Shown here piece after piece: positions 13,645-21,061 of a stretch of 41,847 nucleotides of DNA. Within the stretch, counting starts at the first letter, position 1, and each line of letters begins with the position of its first letter. The notes under the pieces are model-generated. The model saw nothing but the letters and a program-made list of their open reading frames with translations. It was not told the origin of the DNA and did not search any database. The stretch is taken from positions 1 to 41,847 of the forward strand of contig JBEBHE010000002.1 in NCBI GenBank assembly GCA_040081205.1, read 5' to 3'. This DNA is from Burkholderiales bacterium (GTDB taxonomy: Bacteria > Pseudomonadota > Gammaproteobacteria > Burkholderiales > SG8-41). A program made the position numbers and the translations under genes.

Positions 13645-13662
13645 TTTAAAAACATATAGTTA
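13645..13662. repeat. AT-rich motif, copy D (TTTAAAAACATATAGTTA)
   Basis: It lies in the dapC-dapD intergenic region, 5 nt before the dapD ATG. It is 16/18 identical to copy B. Confidence 0.5.
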
Positions 13663-13667
13663 AAATC

Positions 13668-14492
13668 ATGGCTCATACACTGCAAACCACTATCGATCAG
13701 GCTTGGGATGACCGGGCAAACATTTCCCCCGCCAAGGCGCCTGCTGGCGTATATGAAGCCGTGAGCGACGTTATCAACCAGCTCGATAAAGGCACGCTAC
13801 GTGTTGCCGAAAAAATCAATGGTGACTGGGTAACGCATCAGTGGATCAAAAAAGCAGTGCTACTGTCGTTCCGGTTGCAGGATAACGCCGTACTGAAAGA
13901 CGGCTACTCGCAGTTCTATGACAAAGTACCGTCGAAATTTGCAGGTTTCGGCGCCAACGATTTTGCACAGGCCGGCTATCGCGTAGTGCCGCCCGCTGCC
14001 GCGCGCAAAGGTTCATATATTGCAAAAAACGTCATTCTGATGCCGTCGTTCGTCAATATTGGCGCGTACGTTGATGAATCGACGATGGTCGATACCTGGG
14101 CGACAGTTGGCTCGTGCGCGCAGATCGGCAAGAATGTGCATCTCTCGGGCGGCGTGGGTATCGGTGGCGTTCTGGAGCCGCTGCAAGCCAATCCAACCAT
14201 CATCGAAGACAACTGCTTTGTCGGGGCGCGCTCCGAAATCGTCGAAGGCGTAGTGGTAGAAACCGGCTCGGTAATTTCGATGGGCGTGTTCATTGGTCAA
14301 AGCACCAAAATTTATCACCGGCAGACCGGGCAAGTGCTATATGGCCGGGTGCCGGCCGGTTCCGTAGTGGTATCCGGCTCTTTACCTTCCCCCGACGGCA
14401 AATGCAATCTGTATTGCGCTGTGATCGTCAAGCAGGTAGATGCGCAAACCCGCGCCAAAACCAGTATCAACGATTTGCTACGTGGCGATTGA
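13668..14492 (+). CDS. dapD: 2,3,4,5-tetrahydropyridine-2,6-dicarboxylate N-succinyltransferase
   Basis: The 274-aa protein has left-handed beta-helix hexapeptide repeats ([37 protein letters not shown]) and a DapD-type N-terminal domain. Confidence 0.95.
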   Translation: MAHTLQTTIDQAWDDRANISPAKAPAGVYEAVSDVINQLDKGTLRVAEKINGDWVTHQWIKKAVLLSFRLQDNAVLKDGYSQFYDKVPSKFAGFGANDFAQAGYRVVPPAAARKGSYIAKNVILMPSFVNIGAYVDESTMVDTWATVGSCAQIGKNVHLSGGVGIGGVLEPLQANPTIIEDNCFVGARSEIVEGVVVETGSVISMGVFIGQSTKIYHRQTGQVLYGRVPAGSVVVSGSLPSPDGKCNLYCAVIVKQVDAQTRAKTSINDLLRGD

Positions 14493-14583
14493 ACGACGCT
14501 AGGCAAGTGCTTTGCAAATAGGCAAAATGCGTTAACAGAATTTTGTTGTAGCAATCGCTCGTACTACCGACCGGGAGAAAGCC

Positions 14584-15756
14584 ATGTTTGTTGACCCGTT
14601 GTTCAAGCTGATGGCCGATAAGCAGGCATCGGATATGTTTTTTACGGCAGGCGCGCCTATTCAGATCAAGATCAACGGCACCGTGATGCCGGTGAACAGC
14701 CAGTCTCTTGACCCGGCTCAGGTCAAGCAAATCTGCTACGAGCTGATGTCGCCGCAACAGGTCAAGGAATTCGAAGAAAAGCATGAAATGAATTTCGCGC
14801 GCCGCGGCGAAGCCGGTCCCGACGGTGCGATCGGCAACTTTCGCGTCAATATTTTCCAGCAACGCAATACCGTCGGCATGGTGGTGCGTTTCGTCAAGCC
14901 GGAGATTCCCGCGTTTGACTCGCTGGGGCTGCCACCGATCCTCAAAGAAGTCATCATGGAAAAGCTGGGGCTGATTCTGATTGTCGGCTCCACCGGCTCG
15001 GGCAAGTCCACCACCATGGCATCGATGATTGATTATCGCAATTCCACTCGCTCCGGTCATATTCTGACCATCGAAGACCCGGTGGAATTCGCCTTCAGGC
15101 ACAAAAAATCCATCGTTAATCAGCGTGAAGTGCGTGTGGACACCCTCACGTATGAGGCCGCGCTGATCAGTGCCATGCGCGAAGCGCCGGACTTGCTGAT
15201 GATCGGCGAAATCCGCGAAAAAGAAACGCTGCAAAGCGCGTTACTGTTCGCGCAGACCGGCCATTTGTGCATGACGACGCTGCACGCCAATAACAGCTAC
15301 AACGCGCTCAATCGCATCATCAACTTCTTCCCGCGCGATATGCGTGATGCGGTGCTGGCTGATCTTTCCATCGGCATACGCTGCGTGATTTCCCAACGTC
15401 TGGTGCGCACCGCGGATGGCCGGCGCGTACCGGCGGTGGAAGTATTGCTTAACACCAAATTCATTCAGGAACTCATCAATAAAGGCGAGCTAGGCGGCAT
15501 CAAGGAAGCCATGGAGCAAAGCATGGCACCCGGTTCGCAAACCTTCGAACAGGCGCTTTTCAAGCATTATGCCGCCGGCACCATTACGATGGACGAAGCG
15601 CTGGCCAACTCGGATTCGCCCACCAACTTGCGCTGGCTGATTGATAATGCTGCGAAATCAGACGGCAAACCCGGCGCGCCATCGTCGTCCGCAGGCGACA
15701 TGAAACCGCAGGAAGACATCACCAGTATTAAAATCAATCTCGACGCGCTTGGTTAG
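14584..15756 (+). CDS. pilU: PilT/PilU-family type IV pilus retraction ATPase (PilU-like)
   Basis: The 390-aa protein has the N-terminus LFKLMADKQASDMFFTAGAP and Walker A GSTGSGKSTT. It also has the Asp box ILTIEDPVEF, Walker B LLMIGEIR and the His box TTLHANN. No pilT or other pilus gene is adjacent. Confidence 0.8.
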   Translation: MFVDPLFKLMADKQASDMFFTAGAPIQIKINGTVMPVNSQSLDPAQVKQICYELMSPQQVKEFEEKHEMNFARRGEAGPDGAIGNFRVNIFQQRNTVGMVVRFVKPEIPAFDSLGLPPILKEVIMEKLGLILIVGSTGSGKSTTMASMIDYRNSTRSGHILTIEDPVEFAFRHKKSIVNQREVRVDTLTYEAALISAMREAPDLLMIGEIREKETLQSALLFAQTGHLCMTTLHANNSYNALNRIINFFPRDMRDAVLADLSIGIRCVISQRLVRTADGRRVPAVEVLLNTKFIQELINKGELGGIKEAMEQSMAPGSQTFEQALFKHYAAGTITMDEALANSDSPTNLRWLIDNAAKSDGKPGAPSSSAGDMKPQEDITSIKINLDALG

Positions 15757-16738
15757 CCGTAAACCCGCCGCCAGCATCACGGTTGGCGCGCTTGCGCGCC
15801 GCGGTGAGCGCTCATTCATCGCGTCCGGCCTTTCATACGGACACGGCACTACCAACGCTCGCGACGAAGCGATTTACCTTACGCTGCATGCCTTGGGGTT
15901 ACCACTGGCGCATTTTCCCATTGCGCAAATTGTCACAGCCGCGCAGGCCGCCCGAGTCACGGCATTATTTACACAACGAGTCCAGCAGCGTAAGCCCGCC
16001 GCTTATCTGACGAAAGAAGCCTGGCTTGGCCCGCATCGCTTTTACATTGACGAACGCGCGCTGGTACCGCGGTCCTACATTGCCGAATTGTTGCTGCAGG
16101 ACACTGCGTCGTGCTGGCCTGCGAATTTCCTCGTGCGCCGTGCGCTCGACCTTTGCACCGGCTCCGGCTGTCTTGCCATTCTGCTCGCCAAACACTTTCG
16201 CCACGCCATCATCGATGCGGCAGATTTATCGACGGATGCACTTGATGTTGCCTGGATAAACGTAAGGCGCCACCGGCAAACACGGCGCATTACGCTGCTC
16301 GAGTCAGATTATTTTCAGGCGCTGAAAAAATGCCGTTACGATCTCATCATAAGCAATCCGCCTTACGTGCGTGCGCCGGTGATGCGCAAACTGCCGCAGG
16401 AATATCAACACGAACCCACACTGGCCCTTGCCGGCGGCACCGATGGCCTGGATGCGTTGCGAATTATCCTGGCCCAGGCCGCTGCTCATTTAAATCCCGA
16501 GGGATTGCTCGTGGTGGAATGCGGTCACGCGCGCGAGCGCGTGGAGCGCACCTGGCCGCGCTTGCCGTTTTTCTGGCCGGAAACCAGCGGCGGCGATGAT
16601 TGCGTATTCGTTTTGCCCCGCAAGGAACTGGTGCGTCCCGGTGCTTTAGGTGCTGTGGGGCTACGCGCCTCCTTGGGCGGGCGTGCGAGCCAGGCAGTAA
16701 GACGGCGCACTTCATCAGGTTCCAGTTCGCTAACCTGA
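15749..16738 (+). CDS. prmB: 50S ribosomal protein L3 glutamine N5-methyltransferase
   Basis: It aligns by eye with E. coli PrmB (YGHGT, AYLT.EAW, FYIDERALVPRS). The SAM motif is LDLCTGSGCLAI and the catalytic motif is NPPY. A TTG start overlaps the pilU stop by 8 nt, and the C-terminal ~35 aa run into the convergent rluB. Confidence 0.85.
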   Translation: MVSRKPAASITVGALARRGERSFIASGLSYGHGTTNARDEAIYLTLHALGLPLAHFPIAQIVTAAQAARVTALFTQRVQQRKPAAYLTKEAWLGPHRFYIDERALVPRSYIAELLLQDTASCWPANFLVRRALDLCTGSGCLAILLAKHFRHAIIDAADLSTDALDVAWINVRRHRQTRRITLLESDYFQALKKCRYDLIISNPPYVRAPVMRKLPQEYQHEPTLALAGGTDGLDALRIILAQAAAHLNPEGLLVVECGHARERVERTWPRLPFFWPETSGGDDCVFVLPRKELVRPGALGAVGLRASLGGRASQAVRRRTSSGSSSLT

Positions 16739-17481
16739 CCCCGCTTGAGCCACGGCGGCAACGCCAGTATGCCGAAGCGCACGCGTATCAACCGGCTTAC
16801 CGTGAACCCCACGGCCTCGAACAGGCGGCGCACCAGCCGGTTACGCCCCTCCGTCACGACAATTCGATACCAGTGATTGGAACCCTCGCCACCTTCGTCT
16901 TCCAGTGATTCGAAATGCGCTTCGCCATCGTCAAGCGCGATACCTTGACGCAATTGAGCCGTCTGCTCAGCGGACAAAGTGCCAAAAATTCTCGCCGCAT
17001 ATTCGCGCTCTACCGAGAAGCGCGGGTGCATCATGGTGTTGGCTAGTTCGCCCGAGGTTGTAAATATCAGCAACCCGCTGGTGCTGATATCCAGGCGCCC
17101 TATCGATAGCCAGCGCGCACCACGCAAACGCGGCAACTTGGTAAATACGGTTTCGCGACCCTGCGGGTCTTCACGCGTAACGATTTCGCCTTCCGGCTTG
17201 TGATAAATCAGCACGCGTGCCGGTTGCGCCGCCGATTCGACGCGTACATCACGGCCATCCACCTGAATTTTGTCGGCGGATGTAACACGCGTGCCAATTT
17301 TGGCGGTCTTGCCATTGACCGTCACTCGCGCGGCTTCTATCCATACTTCCATCGTGCGGCGTGAACCCAGACCCGCCTGCGCCAGGACTTTTTGCAGTTT
17401 TTGAGATTCGGCGTCGCCGCCAGTGGATTGACGTGCCAGCGCTTTAGGTTTTGCTGACAAATTAGACTGCTCGCCGCTCAA
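16525..17481 (-). CDS. rluB: 23S rRNA pseudouridine synthase, RsuA/RluB family
   Basis: The 318-aa protein has an S4 domain ([15 protein letters not shown]), the catalytic motif [12 protein letters not shown] and a basic C-terminal tail. Its start overlaps the recR stop by 20 nt. Confidence 0.88.
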   Translation of the reverse strand: MSGEQSNLSAKPKALARQSTGGDAESQKLQKVLAQAGLGSRRTMEVWIEAARVTVNGKTAKIGTRVTSADKIQVDGRDVRVESAAQPARVLIYHKPEGEIVTREDPQGRETVFTKLPRLRGARWLSIGRLDISTSGLLIFTTSGELANTMMHPRFSVEREYAARIFGTLSAEQTAQLRQGIALDDGEAHFESLEDEGGEGSNHWYRIVVTEGRNRLVRRLFEAVGFTVSRLIRVRFGILALPPWLKRGQVSELEPDEVRRLTAWLARPPKEARSPTAPKAPGRTSSLRGKTNTQSSPPLVSGQKNGKRGQVRSTRSRA

Positions 17482-18061
17482 TTACAGCCTGCGCCAGCGT
17501 GCCCGCATCGACATGATCCAGCTCGCCACCCACCGGCAGACCACGCGCGATACGCGTCATGCGGATACCTCTCGCGCCAAGCAATTCACCGATGTAATGC
17601 GCCGTGGCTTCGCCTTCAGCCGTGAAATTAGTGGCAAGTACAACTTCGCGTACCGCGCCATCCGCGGCCCGCTTTAGCAAGCGGTCAAGATGTATCTCTT
17701 TCGGGCCAATACCGTCGAGCGGCGACAACACGCCCAGCAGCACGAAATACAGGCCGCGATAACTTTGCGTCTGCTCCACCATCAACAAATCACCCGGCGA
17801 CTCGACCACGCACAACAGCGTATCGTCTCGGCGCGGTGACGCGCACAGTTCGCACAGCACGGCTTCCGAAAAGCTATTGCAACGCTCACAGTGACGAATA
17901 CGATCAAGCGCGCCACGCAGCGCACCTGACAAGCGCCCTGCGCCGCTTTGGTCACGCTGCAACAAGTGATAAGCCATGCGCTGCGCGGATTTTGGACCGA
18001 CACCGGGCAGGCATCGCAGTGCCAAAATGAGTTCGTCCAAGGCTGATAGCGTTTGCATCAC
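17462..18061 (-). CDS. recR: Recombination protein RecR
   Basis: The 199-aa protein has an HhH motif ([13 protein letters not shown]), a C4 zinc finger ([16 protein letters not shown]) and a Toprim domain. Confidence 0.97.
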   Translation of the reverse strand: MMQTLSALDELILALRCLPGVGPKSAQRMAYHLLQRDQSGAGRLSGALRGALDRIRHCERCNSFSEAVLCELCASPRRDDTLLCVVESPGDLLMVEQTQSYRGLYFVLLGVLSPLDGIGPKEIHLDRLLKRAADGAVREVVLATNFTAEGEATAHYIGELLGARGIRMTRIARGLPVGGELDHVDAGTLAQAVIERRAV

Positions 18062-18086
18062 GTGTGCGCGGAATTCTTAATTTTTA

Positions 18087-18104
18087 TTTAAAAACAAATA
18101 CTTA
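18087..18104. repeat. AT-rich motif, copy B (TTTAAAAACAAATACTTA)
   Basis: It lies in the ybaB-recR intergenic region. Confidence 0.6.
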
Positions 18105-18113
18105 GCCTATACA

Positions 18114-18449
18114 TCAGAATGGCATCTTGAAACCGGGTGGCAGCGGCAAGCCCGCCGTCATGCCTGACATTTTTTCCTGCCGCGTGGATTCGGCCCGGCG
18201 CACGGCGTCGTTCATGGCAGCAGCGATCAGGTCTTCCAGCATGTCCTTATCATTTGCGACATCCTTCAGCAGACTGTCGTCGATGGCAACACGCCGCACG
18301 CCGTAATGACAATTCATCGTGACTTTCACCATGCCGGCACCGGCCTGTCCTTCGACTTCGACGGATGCAAGCTGATCCTGCATTTTTTTCATGTTGTCCT
18401 GCATTTGCTGAGCTTGTTTCATCAGCCCGGCGAGCTGGCCTTTCATCAT
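18114..18449 (-). CDS. ybaB: Nucleoid-associated protein YbaB/EbfC
   Basis: The 111-aa protein has the typical N-terminus [20 protein letters not shown] and sits in the dnaX-ybaB-recR arrangement. Confidence 0.93.
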   Translation of the reverse strand: MMKGQLAGLMKQAQQMQDNMKKMQDQLASVEVEGQAGAGMVKVTMNCHYGVRRVAIDDSLLKDVANDKDMLEDLIAAAMNDAVRRAESTRQEKMSGMTAGLPLPPGFKMPF

Positions 18450-18458
18450 AGTGCGCCC

Positions 18459-20030
18459 CTACGGTAAAGGTTGGATAGAATTTTTTCGGATACTGCCGCC
18501 AAACGATTCCTGCAATTCTTTGACGAACGGATCGTTTGCGATGGCTGCGACCGCCTGACCTTGCCGCTCGTCCTGCTCGCGTTTTTCCGCTACTGCCGGC
18601 GTATGCACGTCTCCCGACACCACTTTGAACGTCACGCGCAATGCATTGCCAAAACGCTGCTGCAACGCGGCTTTGAGTTTGCCTTGATGTGCGCCTTCCA
18701 GCATGCGCTCCTGCGCTTTGGGCAGGCTGAGTTCGATTTCGTCAGCGGTCAGCTTTGACATGGCACAATTGCGCGCCAACTGGCCGGTCATGGCGATCAA
18801 ACCCAGTTGCGCAACGATGGTTTCCCACGACGCGTTCACATCCAAAGCAGCATGACTAGTTGCGGGCGCCGTGGATGATCCAGCCAGACGAGGCTCGGAA
18901 ACTTTCCCTGTGGCGGCAACGCGTACCTGCGGCTGATAGCGATCACCGTCTGCTGGCATAAACGCCAGCATGCGCAGCAACGTCATGGTGAAGCCAGCGT
19001 ATTCGTCGGGTGCAAGGCCGATGTCGCTGCGGCCCTGTAAGGCAATCTGATAATACAACTGAATATCATCGGCAGCGAATCGCTGCGCCAGCGCCAGTAC
19101 CGTTTCCCGGTCGGGGTCGTCATCTGCCACCGACGCCGGCAATTGCTGTGCCAGCGCAAGCCGATGCAGCAGCGTGCCCATATCCAGCAGCGCCGCTTCA
19201 AATGACAAGCTACGCGCCGCCATCTCATCGGCCTTGGCCATCATCGCCGCGCCGTCACCAAGCGCAAGCGCATCGAGGATGGCATGCAGATGCCGTTGAT
19301 CCACCGCGCCAAGCATGGCGCGCACTGAAGCCTCATCCACGCGCCCGCCGCCGTGTGCAATGGCCTGATCGAGCAACGACAAAGAATCGCGCAGACTGCC
19401 TTGCGCGGCACGCGCGATCAACGCCAGCGCCGCCGGTTCGAACGCGATTTTTTCCGCGTCCAGGACAAAACGCAGGCGCTCGGCGATTTGCTGTTGGGGT
19501 ATCTGCTTGAGATTGAATTGCAGGCAGCGCGACAACACCGTCACCGGGATTTTCTGCGGATCCGTGGTGGCAAGGATGAATTTCACATGCGCTGGCGGCT
19601 CTTCGAGTGTTTTGAGCATCGCGTTGAACGCATTGCGCGACAGCATATGCACTTCGTCGATGATGTACACCTTGAAGCGTCCGCTCGACGGCGCATACAG
19701 CGCATTTTCCAGCAACTCGCGCATGTTATCGACCTGGGTGTTAGACGCCGCATCCAGTTCCACCAGATCGACAAAGCGACCAGCGTCAATCTCCGTGCAG
19801 GCAGTGCATTTTCCGCAAGGCGCATCGGTAATGCCGGTCTCGCAGTTCAACGCTTTGGCAATAATCCGTGCCAGCGTGGTTTTGCCCACGCCGCGCGTAC
19901 CGGTGAATAAATAAGCGTGATGCAGACGCTGCTGTTTGAGCGCATTGCCCAACGCCCGGACAACATGCTCTTGTCCGACAAGTTCGGCAAAAAATTTAGG
20001 GCGCCACTTACGGGCAAGAACCTGGGTCAC
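18459..20030 (-). CDS. dnaX: DNA polymerase III subunit gamma/tau
   Basis: The 523-aa protein has Walker A GTRGVGKTT, a Zn module (CETGITDAPCGKCTAC), the DEAH-like box IIDEVHML and sensor SRC. Confidence 0.95.
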   Translation of the reverse strand: MTQVLARKWRPKFFAELVGQEHVVRALGNALKQQRLHHAYLFTGTRGVGKTTLARIIAKALNCETGITDAPCGKCTACTEIDAGRFVDLVELDAASNTQVDNMRELLENALYAPSSGRFKVYIIDEVHMLSRNAFNAMLKTLEEPPAHVKFILATTDPQKIPVTVLSRCLQFNLKQIPQQQIAERLRFVLDAEKIAFEPAALALIARAAQGSLRDSLSLLDQAIAHGGGRVDEASVRAMLGAVDQRHLHAILDALALGDGAAMMAKADEMAARSLSFEAALLDMGTLLHRLALAQQLPASVADDDPDRETVLALAQRFAADDIQLYYQIALQGRSDIGLAPDEYAGFTMTLLRMLAFMPADGDRYQPQVRVAATGKVSEPRLAGSSTAPATSHAALDVNASWETIVAQLGLIAMTGQLARNCAMSKLTADEIELSLPKAQERMLEGAHQGKLKAALQQRFGNALRVTFKVVSGDVHTPAVAEKREQDERQGQAVAAIANDPFVKELQESFGGSIRKNSIQPLP

Positions 20031-20126
20031 GGCAGTAGTGTCACAAAAGATCGCGGCAATAATTCGTTCATGAAGAACAGCATTTTACGCCGCATCGCGG
20101 CACTGTTCATCAATGATTTCGCCGGT

Positions 20127-20663
20127 CTAAAACCAATACTGCACGCGCACCTGTGTAAAGTTGATACCGTTGTTGGGCTGTTTGATACTGGCATTGGACA
20201 GGTGCTGGTACCGCAGTCCAAGGTCAAGCGCGCCTTTGGGGCCGAAACGATAACCCACGCCCAGATGATTTCCGAACTGAAAAGGCGTGCCGAAACGCTT
20301 CGTGCCTAGCGACGTGCGCGACATCAGATGAAACCCTATGCCGCCTTCGGCATACAGCCCTTTACCGCTATTTTGCTGCAACCGAAGCGACGGCGTCAGA
20401 CCTATTTCCGTCAAATTGTCTTTTTGACCAGGCAGGGCATCCCGTGTCCAGTGTCCGAGGGCCAAATCCCAAAAACCACCGACATGCCATTGGTCGCCCT
20501 TGAGCCATTGTTTGTTCATATTCCACTGAAGCCCGACGCGGCCCATATTAGCGCTATCGCCCTGCCCCAGCTCGAACGAAACACCATCAACTGCCGCTGC
20601 TGAACCCCCAGTCAAATACCCGGAGAGCAAAACACCAGCCATGCCAAGTTTGCGAAGTTTCAT
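20127..20663 (-). CDS. Outer-membrane acyloxyacyl hydrolase / lipid A 3-O-deacylase (PagL-like)
   Basis: The 178-aa protein has a signal peptide (MKLRKLGMAGVLLSG), beta-barrel-like alternating pattern and a terminal aromatic (QYWF). The HLSNAS motif resembles the PagL His-x-Ser catalytic pair. Confidence 0.65.
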   Translation of the reverse strand: MKLRKLGMAGVLLSGYLTGGSAAAVDGVSFELGQGDSANMGRVGLQWNMNKQWLKGDQWHVGGFWDLALGHWTRDALPGQKDNLTEIGLTPSLRLQQNSGKGLYAEGGIGFHLMSRTSLGTKRFGTPFQFGNHLGVGYRFGPKGALDLGLRYQHLSNASIKQPNNGINFTQVRVQYWF

Positions 20664-20699
20664 ATGACCCTCGTCTTTTAGCTATCAAATCCCCTGCAC

Positions 20700-20822
20700 C
20701 AACCCCTCGCTACATCCCCAAATCGGGTGGCGAGCCTAACCCCCGGCACTTGCAGAGAATAGCTTTGGCTGCTTCCTTCCGGACCTGACCAGGTTCACTA
20801 CCATGCAATGCGGGGAGGCCCG
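20700..20822 (-). ncRNA. ffs: Signal recognition particle RNA (4.5S, small bacterial type); ends are approximate
   Basis: The minus strand reads ...GAACCUGGUCAGGUCCGGAAGGAAGCAGCCAAAGC..., which is the universally conserved SRP RNA domain IV (E. coli: ACCAGGUCAGGUCCGGAAGGAAGCAGCCAAGGC). Flanking segments CCCCGCAUUGCAU and AUGUAGCGAGGGG can pair to close the hairpin. The location upstream of dnaX is classic. Confidence 0.85.
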
Positions 20823-21061
20823 CCGTAAATCGTCAATACCGTATTGCAACTCTTAATAAATTAAATCGTAAGAATGACGTAAGTATATGCTAAATCAGGA
20901 GTTTTTACTACAGATATCAACCCCAACGACTTTACAAAATAGGCATTTAGTGTTTTTATCGCAACAATCAAAGAACAAAATCCCGTCCGCCCACGCATTA
21001 ATTAGGGTCAGCGCTCGCGGGATACGCAAATCCGTATAGTCATACCTTTCCGGAGGCATAT

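Noticed and set aside
14467-15234. A 255-aa ORF antisense to pilU. Similar long antisense ORFs occur at 21668-22339 (opposite acs), 8421-9104 and 10484-11131 (opposite smc), 38677-39396 (opposite zapE) and 39992-40825 (opposite lpdA).
   Set aside because: All are shadows of strongly supported genes on the other strand. They have low-complexity, Arg-rich translations and no start-site signals.
19445-19456. An A6 run (GAA AAA ATC on the coding strand) in dnaX, as a possible programmed -1 frameshift site producing a gamma subunit
   Set aside because: The heptamer is not of the X XXY YYZ type in the zero frame, because A-site re-pairing fails. It also lies near codon ~195, inside the ATPase and lid domains, far upstream of where gamma/tau frameshifting occurs in E. 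coli. No downstream stem-loop was noted.
20891-20899. The 9-mer TAAATCAGG shared between the acs upstream region and the DUF4212 upstream region (30237-30245)
   Set aside because: Its positions relative to the start codons are very different (163 nt versus 23 nt; the latter overlaps the SD region). A single shared 9-mer between two AT-rich 200-nt regions is expected by chance at appreciable frequency.
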